DNA of 64,000 nucleotides from Bdellovibrionota bacterium (GTDB taxonomy: Bacteria > Bdellovibrionota_C > UBA2361 > CAKMMH01). A model generated the notes under the pieces. The model worked only from the letters and a program-made list of their open reading frames with translations. It was not told the DNA's origin and searched no databases. Of the stretch, positions 11,626-22,823 are shown in pieces (the stretch's first letter is position 1; each line of letters begins with the position of its first letter). Made by a program: the position numbers and the translations under genes. Location: positions 288,001-352,000 of the forward strand of contig JBMNLI010000017.1 of the NCBI GenBank assembly GCA_050952645.1, written 5' to 3'.

Positions 11626-12076
11626 AATAAAAAACTTTTAAATTTAAAGAATAATCTTTTTTAGCTCTCTAGAAAATATATAAGCTATAATTTATAGCCT
11701 ATACTAGCACATTTTTAAAACTTCAAGTAGTAAAATTTCTTAAACAAGCACTAACCCTTTTCTATTAGCTTTTATAAATATCTTTTAGTATTTTGTTTAC
11801 TCTTTTTTATTTATTTCTAGTTTATTTATTTCTAGTTTATTTATCTCTATTTTGCTTATTCTATTTTATTTACTAATGATTATTTACTAATGACTTTAAG
11901 TTTAAAGGAATTTAAGGTAAAATTATTTTATAATATTTTTGTTTAAATTTACCCTAGAAAAAACAATTAAAGAGAATACGTGTAAAAAAATATATTTAAA
12001 CTTATAAACCTATTTATTAAAAGTTATAACAAAGCTACTTGTAAAATTTTGTAAAGTATATAGATTAGTCTACATT

Positions 12077-12736
12077 ATGTTTGATCTTGATTTTTTTCTA
12101 TCACAAGACGGTTGGAATATTTATATATTCCTATTTCTTAGCCTACTAGCTGGCGCATTCGGATTGCCACTTCCTGAGGATATTCCACTTATAGCCGCAG
12201 GAGTATTGATACAAGGAAAGCAAGCAAAACTTTTGCCTACTTTTCTTATATGCTACATTGGGATTTTATTAGGCGATATCATTATATACTTTATAGGTCG
12301 ACTTTTCGGGCCTACTCTTTATAAGAGAAAATGGTTTCAAAAGAAAATTAAAAAACATGGATTTAAAATGAAAAATATGCGTTCAAAGCTTGAAAATAAA
12401 AGTCTTTTAACGATTTTTATAGCTCGCCACTTATTTTGGATACGAACCGCAACTTTCTTGCTTTGTGGAATAGTAAGAATAAAACCTATTAAATTTATAG
12501 TCGCCGATGTGATAGCAGCAACTATAAGCGTGCCTCTGATGATGTCTTTAGGATACTTCTTTTCTGCTAATTTAGAAAATATCTTCGGCAAGATTAGACA
12601 CGCTGAAAACACTATTTTTCTAGGGATCTTGTTAATAGTTTTAGGATATATCGCTTATAGATTATTTATTAAAAAAACTTTTTTTAAAATAAACGACTCT
12701 ACCTTAAAAACCTTAGAAAACAACGAACAAGAATAA
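12077..12736 (+). CDS. dedA: DedA family membrane protein
   Basis: GLPLPEDIPLIAAG, GDIIIYFIGRLFG, IFIARHLFWIR. Confidence 0.88.
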   Translation: MFDLDFFLSQDGWNIYIFLFLSLLAGAFGLPLPEDIPLIAAGVLIQGKQAKLLPTFLICYIGILLGDIIIYFIGRLFGPTLYKRKWFQKKIKKHGFKMKNMRSKLENKSLLTIFIARHLFWIRTATFLLCGIVRIKPIKFIVADVIAATISVPLMMSLGYFFSANLENIFGKIRHAENTIFLGILLIVLGYIAYRLFIKKTFFKINDSTLKTLENNEQE

Positions 12737-12900
12737 AAAAATAAGAATAAAGAAAAGAAAGAAAGAATTAGAAAAGAAAAGAGAGAAAAGAGAGAAAAGA
12801 AAGAAAAGAAAGAAAAGAAAGAGAAAGAAAGAAAAGAAAGAGAAAGAAATAAAGATTAGAAAAAAAAGAAAAATAAGATTTAGAAAAGAAAGGAAGAAAC
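12735..12900. repeat. Purine-rich (GA) low-complexity tract
   Basis: About 160 nt of aagaaaagaaag-type units. Confidence 0.8.
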
Positions 12901-13201
12901 TAAAAAATACCTAAATTTACCTATTTTCCATCTACTACAATTTACAAAAATATTATATAATACAGAAAAATTTTTATAGTTTTTTCCCTTTACAAATGCA
13001 TAAGATTTAAAAAAACTTCTCCGATTTGTAATAAATTTGTAATAAAAGAAAATTTATATTTTTATACGCAACTAAAGAAAATCTTTTGCATCTTTCTTAT
13101 AAACACACTTGTAAATATAAGAAATATAAAAGAAAAATTATTAAATAACTCTGTTAAATTTAATAATTTCTCAAATAAAAAAATAGGGGAGATGAATTAA
13201 A

Positions 13202-15751
13202 GTGAGTATAACGGAAAATTCAAAGGAACAATTTTTAGGAAAACAAGACGACAGTTTACTAATTAGCGATGAAGCCGCTAAAGATGTCGTAATCGAAAAA
13301 GAAATTAGTAAAGAACTTTCTAAAATAGTAGAGCCTAATTTACAAGCTAATTTTAAAAAAGACACCACTATTTATGATATTAATTTACAATCAGAGTTAA
13401 GATTTATATCGAAGCCTTACGTAAATATAAATGGAAATGAAGTTAATTTATATATTACTTTTTCCCTTAATGAAAAATATTTAACTAACACCTCTTTTTT
13501 CATACACTACGGAAGCTATGATGACGTTCCAGAAAATTGGGAATCTATACAAATTTCAAAAAATGATATCATCAAAAATGATGAGCAAAATTACACTATT
13601 CAAACTAAATGGATAATTCCTTGTAAAGGAAATTTTGGTGCAACCGTTTATGCTACTTATCCTAATAATGAAAAACCTGTATGGCAAGGCACTCAAAATG
13701 ATGATGCAAAAATTAAAATAGATAATGACTGTTTTTTTACTATTGAAAAAATTTTAAAAAGTAGAACTAGTTTTCAAAAAGAAACGAAAGAACTATTAAA
13801 AAACGGCATAAAAACTTATTCATCATTTAAAGATTTAATAGTAAAACTAAAAAAAGAAAGCAATCAAAAATATTTATCAGAGATTATTTATAATGAGACT
13901 AAAGGAAATAAGGATTTAAGAGACACTCTTACTAAGTACTATAAAGATGCTAAAAAAGAGTACTACTCAAAAAATAACTATCAGACGATTTCTTCAGCAA
14001 AAGAACTTATCGACACTCTCGACACTCTCGGATTAAGAGAGACCGCATTCGTTGCCCCAGAAGGCCCTCACGCTTCAGGTGGTGGGCTAGCAGAGGTAAT
14101 GAAAGGGCTTTTAAAAGCGCTCTCACAAAAAGGTATGAAAGTTTCTTTAATTTCTCCTTTATATGAATACGACCAAGGTGGCAAACATTCATCGGCAGAA
14201 CATACTTTAAAAGCTGGTATAAAATTTGGCAATTACATATTAAAACCTAAATATGCAGGGGAAGTGCTTATTCCATTTGGAAAAACTACGCACGTTCAAC
14301 ACGGCGGCACTATCGATAATGCTTTTCATCAAAGAGCAACCGTGCATATCGCAAAACAAGGAAATTTTACACTCGTGCTATTAAGATGTAAAAGATTTGC
14401 AGATTATTTATACGCTCGCATCAATGCTGATGAGCAATTAAGAAGAGCCATCTTCTTATCTAGGGGGGCCTTAGAAGTAATAAATAATCCACTCTTTGAT
14501 ATTAACCCACAAATTATAGTATCAAACGATTGGCAAGCAGGTCTAATCCCTCCACTTTTAAAGCTCGATGGGCGTTATGCAAACTCACTAGCGTTTTGTA
14601 ATTGCAAAACGGTTCATATGATTCATAACTGTGGGCGTGACTACCATGGGAATATTCCTGTAAACTGTGGCGGCAAAAATTTATACAGCATGCTAGAACT
14701 AGACTCTTGTCATATATATGGGCTAACCCATCCTAGCAACAATGGAATATTAAATTTAACGGCAGGAGCGATTAGACATTTAAACGGCGTCCTATCGACC
14801 GTAAGCAAGCCTTATTCTCAAGAATTATTAGATTGGAATAAAGGTGAAGGGCTAACAGATTTAATTAAAGCTAAACCAGGGGCGCTAGTCGGCATAAGCA
14901 ATGGAATAGATCAAAACGCAATTAGAAGAAAAGTTATATCTCTTGGAACTAATGAGTTTGAAGATATGATTTCCCCTGAGGATGATAACGCATACTATTC
15001 AAAAATAATTTCTTTTAAAAGCAGAATAAAAGAAAAATTGCAAAAAGATTTCAATTTACAAGTAAACCAAGATGCTAAACTATTTTCTTTTATAGGAAGA
15101 ATAGCAGAGCAAAAAGGCATCGAGCTTATGTATAATAGACCTGCTGGCGAAAACGTTTCAGTGATAGAGGCTATTTTAATGCACTACCCTGAGTCGCAAT
15201 TTATTTTTGCTGGACCTTATACAGATGGCGATATCCATGCAAGAAATTTAAGAAATTGTGTTGAATATTTATCTCAAAAATATCCAAATAGAATAAAAGG
15301 TATTTATGAGTTTGTTTCTCACGATTTTGCGATAGAAATTCACGCTGGAAGTGATTTCTTTATGATGCCTTCTAGATACGAGCCAGGCGGCATAGTTCAA
15401 CTAGAAGCTATCGCTTGCGGAACGTTAGTAATCGGGCGTAATGTTGGTGGCATATCGGCTACTCTTAGGAATTATGGCGATTTATCGAAAGAAAGCAACG
15501 CTTTTATGTTTGATACTTATACATCAGATGCATTTTATAGAGCGTGTTGCTACGCCTTAAATACTGTAAAAGACAGTAAGCTAAACAAGACTCTAATTTT
15601 ACAAGCAACTAGAGCAAAACACGATTGGGGTCATAGAGTTAGCAATTATATTTCACTATTTCAGTATATTTTAGGCGTTTTAAATCCGTATGAGTTTTAT
15701 GATTATTTAGAAAATCACCGTAAACTTATAGAGGAAAGCAGGACTTATTAA
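13202..15751 (+). CDS. glgA: Glycogen/starch synthase (GT5) with a ~280-aa N-terminal extension
   Basis: GGGLAEV, SNDWQAGLIP, TVSKPYSQE, GISNGID, GRIAEQKG, MPSRYEPGGIVQLEA. Confidence 0.8.
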   Translation: MSITENSKEQFLGKQDDSLLISDEAAKDVVIEKEISKELSKIVEPNLQANFKKDTTIYDINLQSELRFISKPYVNINGNEVNLYITFSLNEKYLTNTSFFIHYGSYDDVPENWESIQISKNDIIKNDEQNYTIQTKWIIPCKGNFGATVYATYPNNEKPVWQGTQNDDAKIKIDNDCFFTIEKILKSRTSFQKETKELLKNGIKTYSSFKDLIVKLKKESNQKYLSEIIYNETKGNKDLRDTLTKYYKDAKKEYYSKNNYQTISSAKELIDTLDTLGLRETAFVAPEGPHASGGGLAEVMKGLLKALSQKGMKVSLISPLYEYDQGGKHSSAEHTLKAGIKFGNYILKPKYAGEVLIPFGKTTHVQHGGTIDNAFHQRATVHIAKQGNFTLVLLRCKRFADYLYARINADEQLRRAIFLSRGALEVINNPLFDINPQIIVSNDWQAGLIPPLLKLDGRYANSLAFCNCKTVHMIHNCGRDYHGNIPVNCGGKNLYSMLELDSCHIYGLTHPSNNGILNLTAGAIRHLNGVLSTVSKPYSQELLDWNKGEGLTDLIKAKPGALVGISNGIDQNAIRRKVISLGTNEFEDMISPEDDNAYYSKIISFKSRIKEKLQKDFNLQVNQDAKLFSFIGRIAEQKGIELMYNRPAGENVSVIEAILMHYPESQFIFAGPYTDGDIHARNLRNCVEYLSQKYPNRIKGIYEFVSHDFAIEIHAGSDFFMMPSRYEPGGIVQLEAIACGTLVIGRNVGGISATLRNYGDLSKESNAFMFDTYTSDAFYRACCYALNTVKDSKLNKTLILQATRAKHDWGHRVSNYISLFQYILGVLNPYEFYDYLENHRKLIEESRTY

Positions 15752-15983
15752 GATTTTAAATTTTTTATTTTACTCCTATACGTTAGTTCATTCTTTATGA
15801 AAAATATTTTTATTTTTCATAAAATATGACATCGGGAATCTCCCATTTTTTTTAGGGTTTGTAAAAGGTATTTAAATCTTTTACAGACCCTTTTTCTTTC
15901 TCCTTATCTTTACTTTTGCGAACTTTATTTTACTTATAAATACAAATAGACAACTAAGCTTCTTTCTTATAAAATATATTCTT

Positions 15984-16811
15984 ATGAGTGAAAATAAAAA
16001 ACGCCTAGAACCTTTCGTAAAGTGGGCAGGTGGAAAAAGAGTTATCATAGATAAATTAAAAGAAAGAGTGCCTAAAAGCTTTGACCGCTATATCGAGCCA
16101 CTAGTTGGAGGTGGCGCACTGTTTTTTGCATTAAAACCGTATATATCGATCATATTCGACGCAAATGAAGAGCTAATAAACGCCTATCAAGTTATAAAAA
16201 CTAATGTAGACGGCCTTATAGACGATCTAAAAAAACATAAAAACACAGAAGAATATTTTTTATATTTAAGAGGATTAGATAGAGAGCAAAATTATAAAAA
16301 TCTTTCTAATGTTAAGAGAGCTAGTAGACTTATTTTTTTAAACCACACTTGTTATAATGGACTATATAGAGTGAACTTAAAAAACCAATTCAACGTTCCA
16401 TATGGCCATTATAAAAACCCTAGCATTTTTTCTGAAGAAAATTTACGAAATGTTTCGGACTTATTAAAAGGCACTATAATTATTTGTGATGATTTTTCAA
16501 GAGTTTTAGAGTTTGCAAAAAAAGGCGATTTTATTTATTTCGACCCTCCTTATTTACCGCTTAATAAGACCTCATCTTTTACATCGTATACGAAAGATAA
16601 ATTTGATTTAGAAACGCATATAAGATTAAAAGAAGTGTGCGACGAACTAGATAAAAAAGAAGTTAATTTTATGGTTTCTAATTCTAATACGGCAGAAATT
16701 CACGACTTATACAAAGCTTACAATATTGAACAAATTTATTCATCTAGATATATAGGTTCAAAGGGCGATAGCAGAGGTAAAATTAGAGAAATTATTATAA
16801 GAAATTATTAA
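15984..16811 (+). CDS. dam: Dam-family (D12 class) DNA adenine methyltransferase, orphan
   Basis: PFVKWAGGK, YIEPLVGGGA, YNGLYRVN, FIYFDPPY. Confidence 0.9.
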   Translation: MSENKKRLEPFVKWAGGKRVIIDKLKERVPKSFDRYIEPLVGGGALFFALKPYISIIFDANEELINAYQVIKTNVDGLIDDLKKHKNTEEYFLYLRGLDREQNYKNLSNVKRASRLIFLNHTCYNGLYRVNLKNQFNVPYGHYKNPSIFSEENLRNVSDLLKGTIIICDDFSRVLEFAKKGDFIYFDPPYLPLNKTSSFTSYTKDKFDLETHIRLKEVCDELDKKEVNFMVSNSNTAEIHDLYKAYNIEQIYSSRYIGSKGDSRGKIREIIIRNY

Positions 16812-16854
16812 CAAAATTTTTTTTAAATTTCTTTTTCTAGGAATTTCACTATTA

Positions 16855-17098
16855 AAACCCAAACTTTCCCCTGTTTTACGTATATTACACCTTTTTAAAG
16901 AACTTAAAACTTAAGCTTAAAGATTTATTATTTGTCGTTTCCTAAAGAGTGCGTATTTACGTATGCTATTTGTATGCTAATTTAACAATTTATGTGAATG
17001 TTTCTTAACTTTTCTTAAATTATTTTGAGTAAATTATTTTGAGTAAGCTATAGAGTTAAAATTAAACTTTATACGTAAAGCAAGGGAAAGTTTAGGTT
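16855..17098. repeat. Intergenic inverted-repeat element, family B
   Basis: TIRs aacccaaactttcccctgttttacgtata ... tatacgtaaagcaagggaaagtttaggtt; internal segment is a reverse-complement match to 53170-53212. Confidence 0.65.
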
Positions 17099-17114
17099 AA
17101 AATGCTTAAGTCCT

Positions 17115-17240
17115 CTATTTAACTATTACTATTTTAGCTTTTTTAGCTAATGCTTTTTGTGCATCCTTTTTACGTTTTTCAGCTATTTTTAAATCTCTTG
17201 CATCTCTTTTTGCTTTCGTTTTTTTTCTTAATGATGCCAT
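17115..17240 (-). CDS. Small, very basic protein (41 aa), not in the ORF track
   Basis: MASLRKKTKAKRDARDLKIAEKRKKDAQKALAKKAKIVIVK*, preceded by an aaaggag SD. Confidence 0.65.
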   Translation of the reverse strand: MASLRKKTKAKRDARDLKIAEKRKKDAQKALAKKAKIVIVK

Positions 17241-17377
17241 AATTTTATCTCCTTTTTTTCAAATATACACAAAGAATGTATATAATAATATTTAATTTAG
17301 AAAAAATCAAATCTCACCTTAAAAATTTTTTTAAAAAAATTTTTTTCAAAGCAAAATTTTAAGGCGTAAATGTTTTT

Positions 17378-19447
17378 TTAAGTTAGCTTATCGCCATTTT
17401 TTGCGGCCTCTATTTTATCGGGAGTTACTACCGAAATAAACTCGCCTGTGCCCGACGCTAAAATCATACCATCTGAAATGCCGAACTTCATTTTTCTAGG
17501 CTCTAAGTTTGCTACCATTATAATTTTTTTTCCGATTAACGTTTTAGGGTCGTAAGAAGATTTTATGCCAGCAAAAACCTGTCTTTTTTCTACGCCTATA
17601 TCGAGGGTAATTTTTAAAAGTTTATTTGAATCTTCTTGAATTTCAGCATCTAACACGGTCGCTATTCTTAAATCGATTTTAGCAAAATCATCATAAGTAA
17701 TTCTAGGTAAAATTGGCTCTACGCTATTATTACTATTATCTGTATTATTATCTATATTATTTTTTATATTATTTTCTTTAGCATTATCTAGTTTTACCTT
17801 ATTTATTTCTTCTAATTCTTTTTTAGTATCTTCTACCATTTTTTCAACGTCTTTAATATCTATTCTTTCCATTAATCTTTCAAACTCATTTAATTTTATA
17901 TTTTCAAGAGTTTTGTTTAGATCTTTAAAAGTCCAATCGCTTTCATTAAACAAACCTTCCACTTTTTTTGCAAGAGCAGGTAAAATTGGTTTTAAATATA
18001 TTATTAAACATCTCGCTACGTTTAACCCAGCAGTAAGAACTTCGCAAGCTTTTTCCTTATCTTCTTTTACTAATACCCAAGGCTGGTAAGTTTGGTAAAA
18101 TTTATTTATCTCATCTGCGCATTGCAAAACTTCTTTTACGACATTCATATATTTACACTCTAGATATGCTTCTTTTATCACATCTAGTTTTGCACGAGTA
18201 TTATTTAAAAGCTCCTTGCCCTCTATATTTAGAGTAGAAATGGTATTATCGAAATGTTTTCCTAAAATTCCAGCACTTCTACTTATAATATTTACTAAGT
18301 TGCCAACTAAGTCGCTATTAACTTTAGCTACAAAATCTTCAAAATTTAAATCTATATCTTCAACTTTTCCATTTATTTTTGAAGCGTAATAATACCTTAA
18401 ATATTCAGGATTTAAATTATTTAAGTAAGTTCTAGCGCTTATAAAAGTCCCACGACTTTTACTCATCTTTTGTCCATTAACGGTAATAAATCCATGAATA
18501 AATATGCGCTTTGGAGTATTAAACTCGACTCCCATTAGTGCAGCTTGCCAAAATAGAGTATGAAAGTATGCGATATCTTTACCTATAAAATGGTACACCT
18601 CGGCTGTATCTCCGGTCCAATATTTTTTATAATCTATATTTCTTTTATCACAATAATTTTTAAGCGATGCTATATAGCCAATTGGAGCATCGAGCCATAC
18701 ATAAAAATATTTATCTTCTTCATTCGGGATTTTAAAACCAAAGTATGGAGCATCTCTAGAAATATCCCAATCTTTAAGTCCGTCTTTAAACCATTCTTTC
18801 ATTTTATTTACGGTCTGTTCATCTACAAACCCACTTTTTAACAATTCTTTTAAATCATCTTCAAAGTCTGTTATTTTAAAAAAGTAATGCATAGATAGTT
18901 TTTTTACCGGTTTTTTTCCACTTATCACGCTTACGGCATCTTTCATATCTAGTGGAGAATAAGTCGCTCCGCACGCCTCGCAGGAATCGCCGTATTGCTC
19001 TAGTGCATTACATTTAGGGCAAGTTCCTTTTATAAACCTATCTGGTAGAAACATTTTTTCTTGTTCATCGTAGGCTTGCTCGATTTCTCTTTTTTCGATA
19101 TGTCCTTTTTTATTTAATGTATTGTAAAATAGCTCGACTAGTTCTTTATTTTCAGGGGAATGCGTCGAGTGGTAATTATCAAACTCTATTAAAAAATCGC
19201 TAAAATCTTTTTGATGTTCCACTGAAACTTTTGCTATAAGTTCTTCAGGGCTTATATTTTTCTCTTTAGCTTTTAACATTATCGGCGTTCCATGAGTATC
19301 GTCTGCACAACAATAAAGACAATTATTCAGAGCCATTTTTTGGAATCTCACCCAAATATCTGCTTGTATATATTCTAAAATATGCCCAATATGAATCGCC
19401 CCATTCGCATAAGGCAATGCTGCAGTTACTAAAATATCTTTTTTCAC
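17378..19447 (-). CDS. metG: Methionyl-tRNA synthetase with C-terminal tRNA-binding domain
   Basis: ALPYANGAIHIGH, CPKC..CEAC zinc knuckle, KMSKS, C-terminal EMAP/Trbp111 domain. Confidence 0.98.
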   Translation of the reverse strand: MKKDILVTAALPYANGAIHIGHILEYIQADIWVRFQKMALNNCLYCCADDTHGTPIMLKAKEKNISPEELIAKVSVEHQKDFSDFLIEFDNYHSTHSPENKELVELFYNTLNKKGHIEKREIEQAYDEQEKMFLPDRFIKGTCPKCNALEQYGDSCEACGATYSPLDMKDAVSVISGKKPVKKLSMHYFFKITDFEDDLKELLKSGFVDEQTVNKMKEWFKDGLKDWDISRDAPYFGFKIPNEEDKYFYVWLDAPIGYIASLKNYCDKRNIDYKKYWTGDTAEVYHFIGKDIAYFHTLFWQAALMGVEFNTPKRIFIHGFITVNGQKMSKSRGTFISARTYLNNLNPEYLRYYYASKINGKVEDIDLNFEDFVAKVNSDLVGNLVNIISRSAGILGKHFDNTISTLNIEGKELLNNTRAKLDVIKEAYLECKYMNVVKEVLQCADEINKFYQTYQPWVLVKEDKEKACEVLTAGLNVARCLIIYLKPILPALAKKVEGLFNESDWTFKDLNKTLENIKLNEFERLMERIDIKDVEKMVEDTKKELEEINKVKLDNAKENNIKNNIDNNTDNSNNSVEPILPRITYDDFAKIDLRIATVLDAEIQEDSNKLLKITLDIGVEKRQVFAGIKSSYDPKTLIGKKIIMVANLEPRKMKFGISDGMILASGTGEFISVVTPDKIEAAKNGDKLT

Positions 19448-19613
19448 GATTTACCACCTTTTCTTTTGTAATGTTATTAAAAATTAACTATTTAATAATT
19501 CTTTAATCCATAGACGTTTCTAAGATAACATTTTTAGACAAAATCTGAAACTAGTAGTTAAATGAGAGCCTACAAACTAATAACTTGCGATTTACAACGT
19601 AACCTGCCCCTTT

Positions 19614-20351
19614 TTAGTTTCCACTCCATAAAATTCTAAAAGACGTTAAATCTTCATTAGTTTTTTTATTTTTTATATTATGGAGAGTTATATTGTTATC
19701 TTTAAACTCGGTTTCTACAATTATTATATCATCAATCTTTACTTCTTTCTTGTAATTGATTTCTATTTCTTTTATAGAGGTTTTTAATAAAAAATCGAAA
19801 GAAAGAGTATTTAAAACGAATTTTAAATAGTTTGAATTATTAACATGTCTGTTTAAGTCTATATCATCAAAACCAATTTCTATATCTTTTTGTATATCGA
19901 CTTTTTCTAGTGGTGGTATTTTAGGAAAAGAGGTTTCAAGTGCATATTTTTCTTCAAGCTCTGGAAAACTTAACTCTTTATAAGGATTTAAGATTTTTTT
20001 CGTTTCCAAATCTACTAAAACCCAAAGAGAGCTAGCCGCTCCTATATTTTTATAATTTTCATCTTGCACATTAAACTCACGCCTACAATAAATCCCTTTA
20101 GATTTTATTGCCCAAGTTTTTATGTAAATAGTATCTAGAGAGTCAGGGAATTTTTCAAATTTTAAGTGATACTTAATTAGAAACCAACCTACATTTAACG
20201 TTTGAGTTTTAGAATACCCTACTCCTAATTTTTTAGCATTAGTAGAGGCTACATCTTCTAAATCGTGTAAAAGTGCATAAGGCTTCATTTTATTATTTGC
20301 GTCTACCTCGTAGCTTTTTACTTCATATTTTTTAGTAGTTGAAAAATTCAT
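19614..20351 (-). CDS. Acyl-ACP thioesterase (FatA-like double hotdog)
   Basis: YEVDANNKMK, DIDLNRHVNNSNY, INYKKE. Confidence 0.9.
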   Translation of the reverse strand: MNFSTTKKYEVKSYEVDANNKMKPYALLHDLEDVASTNAKKLGVGYSKTQTLNVGWFLIKYHLKFEKFPDSLDTIYIKTWAIKSKGIYCRREFNVQDENYKNIGAASSLWVLVDLETKKILNPYKELSFPELEEKYALETSFPKIPPLEKVDIQKDIEIGFDDIDLNRHVNNSNYLKFVLNTLSFDFLLKTSIKEIEINYKKEVKIDDIIIVETEFKDNNITLHNIKNKKTNEDLTSFRILWSGN

Positions 20352-20359
20352 AAGTTATA

Positions 20360-20965
20360 CTATTTAAGAAAAAATTGCTCTGAAATACCTTGCATAATCA
20401 TTTGTGAAGCTAGAGCTGCTAGGTAAATTCCCGTTATCTTACTTAGCACTATAATTCGCTTCTTTCCAAAAGATTTTTCTATCGATACAGATAAATATAA
20501 AAGCAACCAAACTAAAACTGATGTAACAAGTAATGCTATAATATGCACTAATCTTTGCTCAATACTTCCTGCTGTATCGGTTCCTGCGACTAGTAGCGTT
20601 CCTATCATCGCAGGCCCTATAATTATGGGTATAGTCATTGGAACTAATACTATTTCCTGCTCCTTATCTTCATTTTTAGGAGCAGACACTCTTCCTTTCA
20701 CTAAACCTATACCATCTAAAAGCAGTATCGTTCCGACCCCCACTCTAAACGCATTTACTGTAATTCCAAGGATTGAAAAAATTTGCGAGCCTAAGAATAT
20801 CATTATAACACAAACTACAAATGATGTTATCATAATTTTTGTTGCGTCCTTTTTTCGTCTTTCTTCGTCGAAGTTTTTTGTTAAATATAAAAACATCATA
20901 AGTGCAAAAAAAGGCGTAAATAAGAAAAAATACCTTAATGTTAAAGAAAAAATATCTACATACAT
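20360..20965 (-). CDS. marC: MarC family membrane protein
   Basis: LGITVNAFRVGVG, VPMTIPIIIGPA, LSKITGIYLAALASQMI. Confidence 0.9.
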   Translation of the reverse strand: MYVDIFSLTLRYFFLFTPFFALMMFLYLTKNFDEERRKKDATKIMITSFVVCVIMIFLGSQIFSILGITVNAFRVGVGTILLLDGIGLVKGRVSAPKNEDKEQEIVLVPMTIPIIIGPAMIGTLLVAGTDTAGSIEQRLVHIIALLVTSVLVWLLLYLSVSIEKSFGKKRIIVLSKITGIYLAALASQMIMQGISEQFFLK

Positions 20966-21323
20966 TTATAACCTAAACTCCATTACAGAATACCATCTTT
21001 AGAATATAATCTTTAGAATATAATTTTTATTTTTAAAGGCTCCTACACGTATCGCTTAAAGTAGGTTAGAAAAATTGTTTTCTTTTAGGCGTATGCCGAA
21101 GTAATACTAATTTGTCAAAGTAATGCTAATTTAAAGAGCATAAAACCTCTTTTGAACGTGAATAACTTTTTTAAAAATATAATTTTATTTTTTAAAAACA
21201 GAGACACTACTAACTTTAAATTTAGTTTAAAATTTTAGTTTAAAAAGTTTTTCGCTCTTTGCCGTATTTTGCAAGCCTATTGATTACTAACATTTGCTGC
21301 CATTAACAAGGAAAAAAGGATTT

Positions 21324-22802
21324 TTAATTTATCCAAGTAGTACTTTTTGTAATTTCACTAAATCTATTATCCCAATTCTTTTCAAAATCTTCAAATGTAG
21401 GTGCAAATGCGATATCGATTTCAATATAATCTTTAAGCGATAATTTTGATGTATCGACGCCGACACGCTCAAGCCACCTTTTATTTCTATTACTATATAA
21501 CTCTAAAGCAGTTTCTATGCTATCTACACCAGTCATGTTTTTTATAGGTGAAAACTCATCTTCTCTACTAATTTCTAAACCTATCTGTTTTTTAGCTAAA
21601 GGTAGTAAATCAAAAATAAATTTTTCATGCTTATAAGCTTCGGTATCTTGAACTTTACCGTCTACATATGCTTTAACAATTTTCTTGCTTCTATGAAATG
21701 GAAGATGAACGTTTTCATTTTTTAATTTTCTAAAAAAATCTACTGAAAAAGCGTGCATCGCTGGGCTTCCCCAATTAAATATAATCTCTCCGTTTTCATC
21801 TTTTAGCTCTAGTTGTTCTTTCGACACATCTACGTATTCAACTATATGATCTTTTCCATGTATAGAAACTAAATGACCTACTTTTTCTTGAGGCGAAGCT
21901 TTCTTTAAAACTTTGGTAACTATATCTGCATTTTCACTACGTGCCAACCCTACTAAAACTGCATCATCTATCGGCGCTAAAATATTATCTACTTGAATAT
22001 ATACTAAAGTTTTTATACCTCTTTTCTCTAAGTATTCCATTGCACCGCTTCGCATAAAAGCCGTATAACATCCGCCGTGGCCGTCGGGATTTTTTAGCAA
22101 TTGACCACTAGATGCTAAAAGAGCCCTTCCCATTAAATCGCAAGTAGCAGTCATAGATTGGCAAAAGAAAAACACATCATTTTTATTCATACCGAAATAA
22201 TTATTTTCTTTAAAAAACTCTCTCGTTAAAGCGTCGGTATCTGGGCTAGTCATAATTAAAAAAGGGATAATTTTCCCATATTTTTTTGAGGCGTAAATAA
22301 TTTTTTCTGCGTGGATTTGGTATAAAGTTTTTTTACTAATACTTAAACTTTCAAAGCATCCTTTTGGCCCATCATATCCTAACCTTGTTCCTTGCCCTCC
22401 TGCAACTAGAAGAACTCCTACTTCACCATTTTTATAAGCCTCTTTACCGATTTTTTCTAATTTTTTTGATATATTTTTTCTTTCTTCTAAGCTTATAACC
22501 TTACTCATTTCTATTTTTGCATCAGACATATCTACTGGCGTGAATACATTTTTCAGCGAACTCCAATCTATGGAGTTTATTTCTTCTACAAAATCTTTTC
22601 TTTTTTCTTCGGGACAATTTTTTATCGCTTCTAATAAGTGAGTTTGACCATTTATCGTTAAAAGTTCTACTAACGTTCTTGGGGGTAGTTTTGAGACATC
22701 TATCTCAACGACTTTTTCAGATTTTGTTTTTTTGCTAGCATCTAAAATAGAATCAACATTTAGGTTATTAAAACTTTCAATATTTTCATTTTTTTGCTTC
22801 AT
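21324..22802 (-). CDS. UDPGP-family nucleotidyltransferase (eukaryote-type UDP-GlcNAc pyrophosphorylase-like)
   Basis: LVAGGQGTRLGYDGPKG, PDGHGG, QVDNIL, EKVG, VEY, KHEKFIFD, EFSPIKN. Confidence 0.88.
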   Translation of the reverse strand: MKQKNENIESFNNLNVDSILDASKKTKSEKVVEIDVSKLPPRTLVELLTINGQTHLLEAIKNCPEEKRKDFVEEINSIDWSSLKNVFTPVDMSDAKIEMSKVISLEERKNISKKLEKIGKEAYKNGEVGVLLVAGGQGTRLGYDGPKGCFESLSISKKTLYQIHAEKIIYASKKYGKIIPFLIMTSPDTDALTREFFKENNYFGMNKNDVFFFCQSMTATCDLMGRALLASSGQLLKNPDGHGGCYTAFMRSGAMEYLEKRGIKTLVYIQVDNILAPIDDAVLVGLARSENADIVTKVLKKASPQEKVGHLVSIHGKDHIVEYVDVSKEQLELKDENGEIIFNWGSPAMHAFSVDFFRKLKNENVHLPFHRSKKIVKAYVDGKVQDTEAYKHEKFIFDLLPLAKKQIGLEISREDEFSPIKNMTGVDSIETALELYSNRNKRWLERVGVDTSKLSLKDYIEIDIAFAPTFEDFEKNWDNRFSEITKSTTWIN

Positions 22803-22823
22803 ATATCACCTTATTAAAATAAA

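Noticed and set aside
12735..12900. Functional triplex-forming purine tract
   Set aside because: Indistinguishable from slippage-generated low-complexity DNA common in this genome (similar pyrimidine tract at ~42290-42390).
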